NCBI RefSeq assembly: GCF_052908335.1
Contig: NZ_CM128606.1
Reading direction: 5' to 3' (one strand)
Length of the DNA: 32,000 nucleotides
Part shown: in pieces, positions 1-9,796 of the stretch
How the letters are laid out: the number at the start of each line of letters is the position of its first letter
Numbering within the stretch: the stretch's first letter is position 1
Notes under the pieces: model-generated
The model's database searches: none
What the model was told of the DNA's origin: nothing
The model's input: only the letters and a program-made list of their open reading frames with translations
Position numbers and translations under genes: made by a program

Positions 1-300
1 GGTCGCTGGGGGAACTACGCTGCGCAAAATGCCGCGCGTACACATTAATACATCGGCATGTTCAAACAGCGGGGCGATATTTATATCAATGCGTTCAAGT
101 CCGGTAGTCGGCCCCTGAAAATAACCATGATCAAAGGCCAGCATCACGGTATTACCCGTTTTCGGATTAAATATCCGCGATAAGCGTGACTGCATTCCCC
201 AATCCAGCGCACCGCAACCTTTCAGGGTAAAAGGGATATTTTGTTGCGGTTGATCGGTACGAAAATCTTTACCATCTTTAATATCGTCTAAATCTGCCAT
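1..300 (-). CDS. lsrF: LsrF (AI-2 degradation thiolase), first 100 codons; gene continues off the left edge
   Basis: Reverse-strand ATG at 298-300. My translation [64 protein letters not shown]... matches the remembered LsrF N-terminus. It lies directly downstream of lsrB, as in lsrACDBFG. It is absent from the ORF track because it is open at the window edge. Confidence 0.85.
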   Translation of the reverse strand, partial: MADLDDIKDGKDFRTDQPQQNIPFTLKGCGALDWGMQSRLSRIFNPKTGNTVMLAFDHGYFQGPTTGLERIDINIAPLFEHADVLMCTRGILRSVVPPAT

Positions 301-326
301 AACTTACTCCGGTTAAGTAATGCACA

Positions 327-1349
327 TCAGAAATCGTATTTGCCGATATTCTCTTTGTTGAATATCACGCGCTCCGGTAACAGTACGATGCCATTACCAT
401 CCGCTTCGTAGTCATAGCCCTGAACGCTATTTGGCGAGACTTCAACCTGACCTACGCCCTGGATATCCAGCTTGTCGCCCGTTTTCATTGATCCTTTTTT
501 CAATAATGCATCCGCGACATACACTGAAATTTTGCCTTGCTGAACCACATCCCACAGGCCAAATTCTTTCACCGTGCCGCGTTCCACATATGGACGCATC
601 ACGTTTGGCGTACTGAATCCGACAATCGCTACTTTGTCATTTTTCAAGTTTTCTGCGGCTTGTGCGGCAGCGGGCAGGGCGTTGGCATCGGGGGCGATAA
701 TGGCGTCGAGATCGCTATACGCTTTTAATATTCCTTCTGCGGTTTGTAATGATTTAGTGGCATCGTTATAGCCAAACTGCGTAGTGACAATTTCCCAGCC
801 AGGATGCTCTTTGGCGATTTTCGCTTTCGCTTCTTTCACCCACTGGTTTTGGTCCGTAACGGTGGGGCTTGAGTAGAAAAACGCGACTTTGGCTTTGTCT
901 TTATTCACCTGACGCGCCGCCATATCCACCAACATACCTCCCAACTGGGCGGGCGTTCCCTGATTAATGTAGTAAGAGCGGCACTCCGGTTTAGTATCAG
1001 AGTCCCAGGTCAGCACTCTCACACCACGTTGCATGGCGCGTTTCAGTGCCGGACACAAGCCATCAGGCGAAACCGCAGAAACGATAATGGCGTTATAACC
1101 TTGATTGACGAAGTTATTAATCAACTGTACCTGACCAGAAACACTGGGTTCTGTCGGCCCGTCGTAGGTCACATCAACGCCCAGCTCTTTACCCGCTTGT
1201 TGTGCGCCGTTGCCACCGCTGGTAAAAAATCCCACGCCAACCAGTTTGGGAATAAATGCAATACGCTCTGCGGCCTGCACATTCATAGAGATTGCGGCAA
1301 TGCCAAGAACGCTAAGTAAGGCGATTTTCTTAAAGCGATGAAGTGTCAT
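327..1349 (-). CDS. lsrB: LsrB, periplasmic autoinducer-2 binding protein (340 aa)
   Basis: Full-length 340-aa ORF with signal peptide [26 protein letters not shown] and a ribose-binding-protein-like fold. The sequence and the lsrD-lsrB-lsrF synteny are recognised as E. coli LsrB. Confidence 0.93.
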   Translation of the reverse strand: MTLHRFKKIALLSVLGIAAISMNVQAAERIAFIPKLVGVGFFTSGGNGAQQAGKELGVDVTYDGPTEPSVSGQVQLINNFVNQGYNAIIVSAVSPDGLCPALKRAMQRGVRVLTWDSDTKPECRSYYINQGTPAQLGGMLVDMAARQVNKDKAKVAFFYSSPTVTDQNQWVKEAKAKIAKEHPGWEIVTTQFGYNDATKSLQTAEGILKAYSDLDAIIAPDANALPAAAQAAENLKNDKVAIVGFSTPNVMRPYVERGTVKEFGLWDVVQQGKISVYVADALLKKGSMKTGDKLDIQGVGQVEVSPNSVQGYDYEADGNGIVLLPERVIFNKENIGKYDF

Positions 1350-1360
1350 GAAGATATCCT

Positions 1361-2158
1361 TTATGGCAATGGGTTATTGGCCCGACGCGCCAGCCACTCT
1401 TTAATTTGCTGGCGATGCAGGCTAACGGAACGACCTACGACAACGACGATAAGTAGCGCACCGGAAAGGGCGCTGGACACCTGATTTGGCACTCCTGCCA
1501 TTTGCAAACCTTGTTGCAAATATCCCACTAATAAAACCGCAATGGCGGTGCCGATAATGGAACCGGAACCACCATAAATATTGGCACCGCCAAGCACCAC
1601 GGCGGTGATGGCGGGCATCAGAAACGACGCACCGAGATCGGAACGTGCTGAACCAAAATACGATACCAGCAGCACAGCGGCGACCGCAGACGCCAGCCCC
1701 GTCATGGCATAGAGCGCACATAAGGTGCGGTTAACTGGAATCGCGCTATAAAGCGCCACGCGCGGGCTTTGCCCAATCAAAAACACATTACGTCCGGCAT
1801 GGGTTTTATGCAGCCAGAGCCAGAAAACGAGGAGACATATCAGGAAGATAATCAGCGGAACGGGGAGTCCCAGCACATCCAGGTTAGCGAAATCTGTAAA
1901 CGCCATCGGGAATCCACCAATACCTTCGTACCCCGTCGCTCCGGCCATACCGGAAAGCAGCAGAGCGCTTCCGGCAAACAGATACAGCGTGCCAAGCGTA
2001 ATCACCAGCGGGTTAACTTTGGTATAGATAATTAATCCGGCGTTGATCAGCCCGCACAATGCGCCGAGCAGTAAGGTCAGGAGTATCGCCAGCGGCATCG
2101 GCACACCACTTTGAAACAGTACGCCCAATGCAATTGCTTTCGGTTCCGACTCTGCCAT
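1361..2158 (-). pseudogene. lsrD: lsrD, 5'-truncated (AI-2 ABC permease; about the last 258 of 330 codons retained)
   Basis: The ORF product from AIALGVLFQSGVPMPLAILLTLLLGALCGLINAG to the C-terminal ...[12 protein letters not shown] matches the remembered LsrD from about residue 73 onward. The first 7 codons (MAESEPK) are junction-derived and not LsrD. No lsrC or lsrA lies upstream. Confidence 0.85.
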
Positions 2159-2162
2159 TAAT

Positions 2163-3713
2163 ATGGCAAGTCAACACATTAATATCCATAACAGCGGTGT
2201 GATGTCGGGAAATGTCACCACTGCAGGTGATATGAACGTTATGCCTGGGGGGGCACTGCGTGTCGCTAAAACCACTATCAGCGGCAACCTGGAGAATGGC
2301 GGCACGGTTCAAATGAATAGCGAAGGGGGGAAACCGGGGAATGTACTGACCGTTAACGGCAACTATACCGGAAACAATGGCCTGATGACGTTCAACGCGA
2401 CGCTGGGCGGCGATAATTCGCCCACCGATAAGATGAACGTGAAAGGCGATACCCAAGGGAACACTCGCGTTCGGGTTGATAACATTGGCGGCGTCGGTGC
2501 ACAAACGGTCAACGGTATTGAACTCATTGAGGTTGGCGGTAATTCTGCAGGTAACTTCGCGCTGACCACCGGAACTGTCGAAGCTGGGGCTTACGTCTAC
2601 ACGCTGGCTAAAGGGAAGGGGAATGACGAGAAAAACTGGTATCTGACCAGTAAATGGGACGGCGTAACGCCAGCGGATACACCCGATCCCATCAATAATC
2701 CCCCTGTTGTGGATCCGGAAGGCCCATCAGTTTATCGCCCGGAGGCCGGAAGCTATATCAGCAACATTGCCGCAGCCAACTCGCTGTTTAGCCATCGTTT
2801 ACACGACCGTCTAGGTGAGCCGCAGTATACAGATTCACTGCATTCTCAGGGGTCGGCAAGCAGTATGTGGATGCGTCATGTCGGAGGGCACGAACGTTCA
2901 AGGGCCGGTGACGGTCAGCTAAATACTCAGGCTAACCGCTATGTATTGCAGCTAGGCGGCGATTTGGCGCAGTGGAGTAGCAACGCGCAGGATCGCTGGC
3001 ATCTTGGCGTGATGGCAGGCTACGCCAATCAGCACAGTAATACTCAGAGTAATCGTGTGGGTTATAAATCGGATGGGCGCATCAGCGGTTACAGCGCTGG
3101 GCTGTACGCGACCTGGTATCAGAACGATGCGAATAAGACCGGCGCTTATGTTGACAGCTGGGCGCTGTATAACTGGTTTGATAACAGCGTCAGTTCCGAT
3201 AACCGTTCTGCTGACGACTATGATTCTCGCGGTGTGACGGCCTCTGTTGAGGGTGGGTATACCTTTGAAGCGGGAACATTTAGCGGCAGCGAAGGGACGC
3301 TGAATACCTGGTACGTCCAGCCACAGGCGCAAATCACCTGGATGGGTGTGAAAGATTCCGACCATACCCGGAAAGACGGAACGCGCATTGAAACGGAAGG
3401 CGACGGAAATGTGCAAACGCGACTTGGGGTGAAAACCTACCTGAATAGCCATCACCAGCGTGACGATGGTAAACAGCGTGAGTTCCAGCCTTACATTGAA
3501 GCGAACTGGATCAACAATAGCAAAGTCTACGCCGTGAAGATGAATGGTCAAACCGTAGGCCGTGAAGGTGCGCGTAATCTCGGTGAAGTACGTACCGGGG
3601 TTGAGGCGAAAGTAAATAACAACCTTAGCCTGTGGGGGAATGTCGGTGTGCAACTAGGTGATAAAGGCTATAGCGATACTCAGGGCATGCTGGGAGTGAA
3701 ATATAGCTGGTAA
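2163..3713 (+). pseudogene. yneO: AIDA-I-type autotransporter, C-terminal fragment (end of passenger, autochaperone and beta-barrel); the ATG is fortuitous
   Basis: The 516-aa ORF has passenger-type repeats (GNLENGGTVQMNS, LTVNGNYTGNNGLMTFNATLGGDNSPTDKMNVKGDT) and the linker EAGAYVYTLAKG..NWYLTS. It also has a beta-barrel ending in the typical GMLGVKYSW. There is no signal peptide or N-terminal passenger. The position next to hipB matches the K-12 yneO (ydeK/ydeU) pseudogene as I remember it. Confidence 0.7.
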
Positions 3714-3720
3714 ACCGTAT

Positions 3721-3749
3721 AAGCCGCATGTCGAGATGGCATGCGGCTT
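3721..3749 (+). terminator. Stem-loop after the autotransporter fragment
   Basis: AAGCCGCATG (3721-3730), 9-nt loop, CATGCGGCTT (3740-3749), a perfect 10-bp stem starting 8 nt after the stop codon. The T-tract is weak (aatatt). Confidence 0.45.
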
Positions 3750-3800
3750 AATATTGCCGACTTCAAACGGCGCATCAACGCCTTATTTAAATCCTCCTTT

Positions 3801-3915
3801 TTATCCGCGATCGCGGATATCGCAGCGTTTATCCCGTAGAGCGGATAAGATGTGTTTCCAGATTGACTTATCCTCACTAAAGGATAAAACTTATAATATC
3901 CCCTTAAGCGGATAA
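3801..3915 (+). promoter_or_regulatory. hipBA promoter/operator region with four HipB operators (TATCC-N8-GGATA)
   Basis: The four operators are TTATCCgcgatcgcGGATAT 3801-3820, TTATCCcgtagagcGGATAA 3829-3848, TTATCCtcactaaaGGATAA 3868-3887 and ATATCCccttaagcGGATAA 3896-3915. A TATAAT lies at 3892-3897. This matches the established HipB operator consensus. Confidence 0.85.
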
Positions 3916-3935
3916 ACTTGCTGTGGACGTATGAC

Positions 3936-4202
3936 ATGATGAGCTTTCAGAAGATCTATAGCCCAACGCAATTGGCGAATGCAATGAAACTGGTTCGCCA
4001 GCAAAATGGCTGGACGCAGAGCGAGCTGGCGAAAAAAATTGGTATTAAGCAGGCGACGATTTCCAATTTCGAAAACAACCCTGACAATACCACGCTCACG
4101 ACATTTTTTAAGATTTTACAGTCGCTTGAACTCTCAATGACGCTATGCGACGCGAAAAATGCCTCGCCAGAATCAACAGAACAGCAAAATCTGGAGTGGT
4201 AA
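3936..4202 (+). CDS. hipB: HipB antitoxin / HTH-XRE repressor (88 aa)
   Basis: MMSFQKIYSPTQLANAMKLVRQQNGWTQSELAKKIGIKQATISNFENNPDNTTL... is recognised as HipB. I chose the start at the second in-frame ATG pair (3936) rather than the track start 3918. The stop TAA overlaps the hipA ATG by 1 nt. Confidence 0.93.
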   Translation: MMSFQKIYSPTQLANAMKLVRQQNGWTQSELAKKIGIKQATISNFENNPDNTTLTTFFKILQSLELSMTLCDAKNASPESTEQQNLEW

Positions 4203-5524
4203 TGCCTAAACTTGTCACTTGGATGAACAACCAGCGGGTAGGCGAGTTAACGAAGTTAGCCAACGGCGCGCACACCTTTAAGTATGCACCGGAGTGGTTA
4301 GCAAGCCGTTATGCCAGACCGTTGTCACTTTCGCTGCCATTGCAGAGGGGGAGTATCACCTCTGATGCCGTATTTAACTTCTTCGATAACCTGTTACCCG
4401 ATAGCCCGATTGTACGTGACCGGATCGTTAAACGTTATCATGCCAAATCCAGACAACCGTTTGATTTATTGTCAGAAATAGGGCGAGACAGCGTTGGTGC
4501 CGTGACGTTAATACCCGAAGACGAAACCGTAACGCATCCGATAATGGCATGGGAAAAGCTTACTGAAGCCAGACTTGAAGAAGTATTAACGGCTTATAAA
4601 GCAGATATCCCGCTAGGCATGATTAGAGAAGAAAATGACTTTCGCATCTCGGTTGCTGGCGCACAGGAGAAGACAGCACTGCTCAGAATAGGCAATGACT
4701 GGTGCATTCCGAAAGGAATAACGCCGACGACGCACATCATTAAATTACCGATTGGCGAAATCAGGCAGCCCAATGCGACGCTCGATCTCAGCCAAAGCGT
4801 TGATAATGAGTATTACTGTCTGCTGCTGGCGAAAGAACTTGGGTTGAATGTTCCGGACGCAGAAATCATTAAAGCGGGAAATGTGCGCGCGTTAGCGGTC
4901 GAACGTTTTGACAGGCGTTGGAATGCTGAGCGAACGGTTTTACTTCGCTTGCCACAGGAGGATATGTGTCAGACATTCGGTTTACCTTCATCGGTGAAAT
5001 ATGAATCAGATGGAGGCCCAGGCATCGCGCGGATCATGGCTTTTTTGATGGGGTCCAGCGAGGCGCTGAAAGATCGCTATGATTTTATGAAATTCCAGGT
5101 CTTCCAGTGGTTGATTGGCGCAACGGACGGTCATGCAAAAAACTTCTCCGTATTTATTCAGGCTGGCGGCAGTTATCGACTCACGCCATTTTACGACATC
5201 ATTTCAGCATTTCCGGTCCTTGGCGGTACGGGAATACACATCAGCGATCTCAAACTGGCAATGGGGCTTAACGCATCCAAAGGCAAAAAAACGGCAATCG
5301 ATAAAATTTATCCGCGACATTTTTTGGCGACAGCAAAGGTGCTGAGATTCCCGGAAGTGCAGATGCATGAAATCCTGAGTGACTTTGCCAGAATGATTCC
5401 AGCAGCACTGGATAACGTGAAGACTTCATTACCGACAGATTTTCCGGAGAACGTGGTGACGGCAGTTGAAAGCAATGTGTTGAGGTTGCATGGACGGTTA
5501 AGCCGAGAATACGGTAGTAAGTGA
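4202..5524 (+). CDS. hipA: HipA serine/threonine kinase toxin (440 aa)
   Basis: MPKLVTWMNNQRVGELTKLANGAHTFKYAPEWLASRYARPLSLSLPLQRG... through ...RLHGRLSREYGSK is recognised as HipA. The ATG at 4202 is coupled to the hipB stop; the track start 4145 is an upstream in-frame extension. Confidence 0.93.
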   Translation: MPKLVTWMNNQRVGELTKLANGAHTFKYAPEWLASRYARPLSLSLPLQRGSITSDAVFNFFDNLLPDSPIVRDRIVKRYHAKSRQPFDLLSEIGRDSVGAVTLIPEDETVTHPIMAWEKLTEARLEEVLTAYKADIPLGMIREENDFRISVAGAQEKTALLRIGNDWCIPKGITPTTHIIKLPIGEIRQPNATLDLSQSVDNEYYCLLLAKELGLNVPDAEIIKAGNVRALAVERFDRRWNAERTVLLRLPQEDMCQTFGLPSSVKYESDGGPGIARIMAFLMGSSEALKDRYDFMKFQVFQWLIGATDGHAKNFSVFIQAGGSYRLTPFYDIISAFPVLGGTGIHISDLKLAMGLNASKGKKTAIDKIYPRHFLATAKVLRFPEVQMHEILSDFARMIPAALDNVKTSLPTDFPENVVTAVESNVLRLHGRLSREYGSK

Positions 5525-5600
5525 GATATGGGGTTTGGTCATTGTTAATGAGCATGACAATCATGACCGCCAACGACTGGATTCTTCCTTGGTTTATATT

Positions 5601-5694
5601 AGTGCGCATAATGTGACACGCGTTATGTTGAAAAGGCCGCTGCGATACTCTCCACCGCAGCGGCCTTTTTATACATAACGTCATTGTGCGCACT
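5601..5694 (+). other. Phage attachment region: two inverted dif-like sites able to fold into a forked hairpin (CTXphi-type attP); also the left prophage junction
   Basis: Site 1 on the top strand is AGTGCGCATAA-TGTGACACGCG-TTATGTTGAAA (5601-5633). Site 2 on the bottom strand of 5667-5694 is AGTGCGCACAA-TGACG-TTATGTATAAA. Hand-folded pairing is 5601-5613 with 5682-5694 (13 bp, one G-T), then an internal loop of 7 nt versus 1 nt. Next come 5621-5628 with 5673-5680, and 5629-5644 with 5656-5671 (T5672 bulged). Confidence 0.8.
5631..5670. terminator. Bidirectional rho-independent terminator forming the distal stem of the attP hairpin
   Basis: AAAA-GGCCGCTGCG-(11-nt loop)-CGCAGCGGCC-TTTTT. The 10-bp GC-rich stem is flanked by an A-run and a T-run, so it can terminate both the rightward late operon of an upstream copy and the leftward regulator operon. 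Confidence 0.7.
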
Positions 5695-5699
5695 GAACC

Positions 5700-5855
5700 T
5701 TAAAGGATTTCAGTGTCCTTACTTAGTTTGTTGTGTATGGTCATCACCAACGGTGGGACAAGCGTTATCAGGCTGAATATTGTCATGCCTGTGATGCTGC
5801 CAACAACAAAATGCTTTATCAGCAGGTCAAGAATTAAGTCACTGGTTGTCTGCAT
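5700..5855 (-). CDS. Hypothetical 51-aa hydrophobic protein (below the ORF-track cutoff)
   Basis: My translation is MQTTSDLILDLLIKHFVVGSITGMTIFSLITLVPPLVMTIHNKLSKDTEIL, with one predicted TM segment. The ATG is at 5853-5855 and the stop at 5700-5702. It is the last gene of the leftward module and is preceded by the 54-bp repeat. The SD is weak (GAAG). Confidence 0.35.
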   Translation of the reverse strand: MQTTSDLILDLLIKHFVVGSITGMTIFSLITLVPPLVMTIHNKLSKDTEIL

Positions 5856-5907
5856 ATTGCTTCTAGCAATCTTCGTATCGATAGGTAACTATGATGTTAT
5901 TTTTTTG
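5854..5907. repeat. About 54-bp direct repeat, copy A (contains the palindrome TATCGATA at 5876-5883)
   Basis: atattgcttctagcaatcttcgtatcgataggtaactatgatgttatttttttg aligns with 6382-6437 at roughly 88 percent identity by eye. It spans the 3' end of the 62-aa gene and the start of the 51-aa ORF. Confidence 0.8.
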
Positions 5908-6085
5908 TTGCATCCGTCTTTGCAAATTTCCTGTAGTCATCTTCTGTTATAGACTCCAGTCCTTTTGCGATTATCCATTCTAAAACTTTGGTATCTTTTA
6001 CTGGTATTGCCAGTGTTGTTACCACTTTTACAGTTTCTTTCTCTACCTTTCTCCATAAAACATCGTTTATGTGCTTTGTTGGCAT
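5897..6085 (-). CDS. Small ribbon-helix-helix-like DNA-binding protein, paralog 1 (62 aa)
   Basis: I chose the internal ATG at 6083-6085, preceded by GAGG (gaggtagtaaaaATG). The product is MPTKHINDVLWRKVEKETVKVVTTLAIPVKDTKVLEWIIAKGLESITEDDYRKFAKTDATKK. It has the beta-alpha-alpha layout and aligns with the two upstream paralogs. Confidence 0.6.
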   Translation of the reverse strand: MPTKHINDVLWRKVEKETVKVVTTLAIPVKDTKVLEWIIAKGLESITEDDYRKFAKTDATKK

Positions 6086-6141
6086 TTTTACTACCTCTGT
6101 TTGATCTTTGTCAGCCCGTCTGTTCGATGCCGGGAAAGGAA

Positions 6142-6357
6142 TCACATTGCTCTTTTTTTCTTAAGTTCTTCTCTGCTTATTAAATCTTTCACGGCCTCAT
6201 CTAAGTAATTGTCTATTAAGTGATTAACTATTTCAGATGGTTTTAGTATCTCACCGGTCTTATTGCCGATTTCTAGCACTCTTCGTTTTAGCTCCAATTT
6301 TCTGTCTTCGTTGATTCTTACAGTTGTGTCTCCGCGCTTTGTTTCTTTTTTCATCAC
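6142..6357 (-). CDS. Small ribbon-helix-helix-like DNA-binding protein, paralog 2 (71 aa)
   Basis: TTVRINEDRKLELKRRVLEIGNKTGEILKPSEIVNHLIDNYLDEA aligns with AIAITESTYLDITRIALEISQKTGQIVTWSEVVHFMIKNYLNDA of paralog 3. GAGG lies 6-9 nt upstream of the GTG/ATG start. Confidence 0.65.
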   Translation of the reverse strand: MMKKETKRGDTTVRINEDRKLELKRRVLEIGNKTGEILKPSEIVNHLIDNYLDEAVKDLISREELKKKRAM

Positions 6358-6381
6358 AGTTTACCTCTATGTCCTGTCAAT

Positions 6382-6437
6382 ATATTGCTTCTTAGGAATC
6401 TTCGTATCGATAGGTAACTACTATGTTATTTTTTTTG
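6382..6437. repeat. About 54-bp direct repeat, copy B (TATCGATA at 6405-6412)
   Basis: atattgcttcttaggaatcttcgtatcgataggtaactactatgttattttttttg is the partner of 5854-5907. It sits between paralog 3 and paralog 2, and TTGACA lies just downstream in the leftward direction. Confidence 0.8.
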
Positions 6438-6608
6438 GTTTCTTTGGTGGATCATGTCTTGTTTTGCGTCGTTTAAGTAGTTTTTTATCATAAAGTGTAC
6501 AACTTCCGACCATGTAACTATTTGCCCTGTTTTTTGGCTTATCTCAAGGGCTATCCTAGTAATATCCAGATATGTTGATTCTGTAATTGCTATTGCCTTT
6601 CTTTTCAT
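6426..6608 (-). CDS. Small ribbon-helix-helix-like DNA-binding protein, paralog 3 (60 aa); candidate phage repressor
   Basis: The ATG at 6606-6608 has GGAG 8 nt upstream. It is the first gene of the leftward operon, divergent from rep, which is the position of the repressor in CTXphi-like phages. Confidence 0.65.
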   Translation of the reverse strand: MKRKAIAITESTYLDITRIALEISQKTGQIVTWSEVVHFMIKNYLNDAKQDMIHQRNQKK

Positions 6609-8723
<2,115 letters not shown>

Positions 8724-8753
8724 CTGAATTTTTAACATTGAGGAGTCTGATTT

Positions 8754-9179
8754 ATGAATCAAATTTATGACAGTTTTCCGTTTCCTTCCCCTGAGGGTTT
8801 TACTGCAGGTATGACAATGGCGGGATTTTTTATTCACGCCACTGTCATAAATGATGAGGAGTTAAAACCCACGGGTTCTCATTATAACCCTGAGGCTAAA
8901 CCCAAATATGCCATTGTTATTGGCTATCCGTATGAGGACCGAAAATTAAAAGTCCGCCGTGAGGAGCATGAGCGATTTTCCTGTACTGAGGAGGATTTTA
9001 AATTTTTTAATTCATGTCCTGATTTGCAGGGCAAACCTGTTTATCTCACGGTGGATGTTAACTCATGGTCGACAGGCTCTGAACGTCATGGTGTCTGGTA
9101 TCGTTTTATTTCCGGCTCCATGAAACGTTTTGACGGTCAGCCGCTGGGTGCACTGCCCGCAGGTAAAGAAAAAGGCTGA
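8754..9179 (+). CDS. Hypothetical 141-aa protein; putative ssDNA-binding protein (gV/RstB position)
   Basis: There is a strong SD (GAGGAG, 8 nt upstream). It lies immediately after rep, where inoviruses encode their ssDNA-binding protein. The sequence is rich in predicted beta strands. The assignment rests on position only. Confidence 0.4.
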   Translation: MNQIYDSFPFPSPEGFTAGMTMAGFFIHATVINDEELKPTGSHYNPEAKPKYAIVIGYPYEDRKLKVRREEHERFSCTEEDFKFFNSCPDLQGKPVYLTVDVNSWSTGSERHGVWYRFISGSMKRFDGQPLGALPAGKEKG

Positions 9180-9183
9180 TGAT

Positions 9184-9324
9184 ATGTCTGACGCTGATTT
9201 TCTGAACTTTGTTTTATTTGCTGCGCCTGCAATGATTTTATTTTCTTCAGGTTTTGGCATCGGAATAAAACTGATTCGCGCCTGTGACTCACAAAGCATT
9301 ACTGTTCAGCGTTATTATGACTGA
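9184..9324 (+). CDS. Small hydrophobic protein (46 aa), candidate minor coat (pVII/pIX-like)
   Basis: MSDADFLNFVLFAAPAMILFSSGFGIGIKLIRACDSQSITVQRYYD has one TM segment. I chose the start at the internal ATG right after the previous stop. Position is between the ssb-like gene and the major coat gene. Confidence 0.5.
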   Translation: MSDADFLNFVLFAAPAMILFSSGFGIGIKLIRACDSQSITVQRYYD

Positions 9325-9487
9325 ATTTGATTTCAGCGGTGTTTTATCCGCACTGAATTCTGGCGTACAGGACGGAGAACTTTACTGGGCCGTTCTGTAT
9401 GTCTGGATTGTCTGCTGGCTTCTTGGCTTTGGCCTTGGTGTTATTTTCACTCTGGTCTGCCGGATGTTCAGCGATGCTGTTAATTAA
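9317..9487 (+). CDS. Small hydrophobic protein (56 aa), candidate minor coat (pVII/pIX-like)
   Basis: MTEFDFSGVLSALNSGVQDGELYWAVLYVWIVCWLLGFGLGVIFTLVCRMFSDAVN. The start overlaps the previous gene's end by 8 nt, suggesting translational coupling. Confidence 0.5.
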   Translation: MTEFDFSGVLSALNSGVQDGELYWAVLYVWIVCWLLGFGLGVIFTLVCRMFSDAVN

Positions 9488-9493
9488 TTTTAA

Positions 9494-9754
<261 letters not shown>

Positions 9755-9769
9755 TAGTTATTTAACGAC

Positions 9770-9792
9770 AGCGCCCTTCGGGGCGCTTTTTT
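9770..9792 (+). terminator. Rho-independent terminator after the major coat gene
   Basis: AGCGCCC-ttcg-GGGCGCT followed by TTTTTT (9787-9792). It is analogous to the gVIII terminator of Ff phages. Confidence 0.85.
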
Positions 9793-9796
9793 AATC

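Noticed and set aside
2138-2165. An IS element or other mobile-element scar that could explain the lsr deletion.
   Set aside because: No terminal inverted repeats, transposase fragments or duplicated target are visible. Only the short TGCCAT/ATGGCA inverted repeat is present.
2013-2504. A 163-aa minus-strand ORF crossing the lsrD/yneO deletion junction, and 2952-3653 (-), 233 aa.
   Set aside because: Both run antisense to recognisable coding remnants. The first is created by the junction itself. Neither has motifs or an SD.
3863-3897. A hipBA promoter made of TTGACT (3863-3868) plus TATAAT (3892-3897).
   Set aside because: The spacer between them is 23 nt, too long for a sigma-70 promoter. 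I report only the operators and the -10-like hexamer.
5713-5952. A 79-aa plus-strand ORF (and its copy at 14213-14452), and the plus-strand ORFs 5965-6183 and 6263-6493.
   Set aside because: They have non-ATG starts and run antisense to the three RHH-like genes and the 51-aa ORF, which have SDs and paralogy support. Their hydrophobicity is a mirror effect of the AT-rich antisense sequence.
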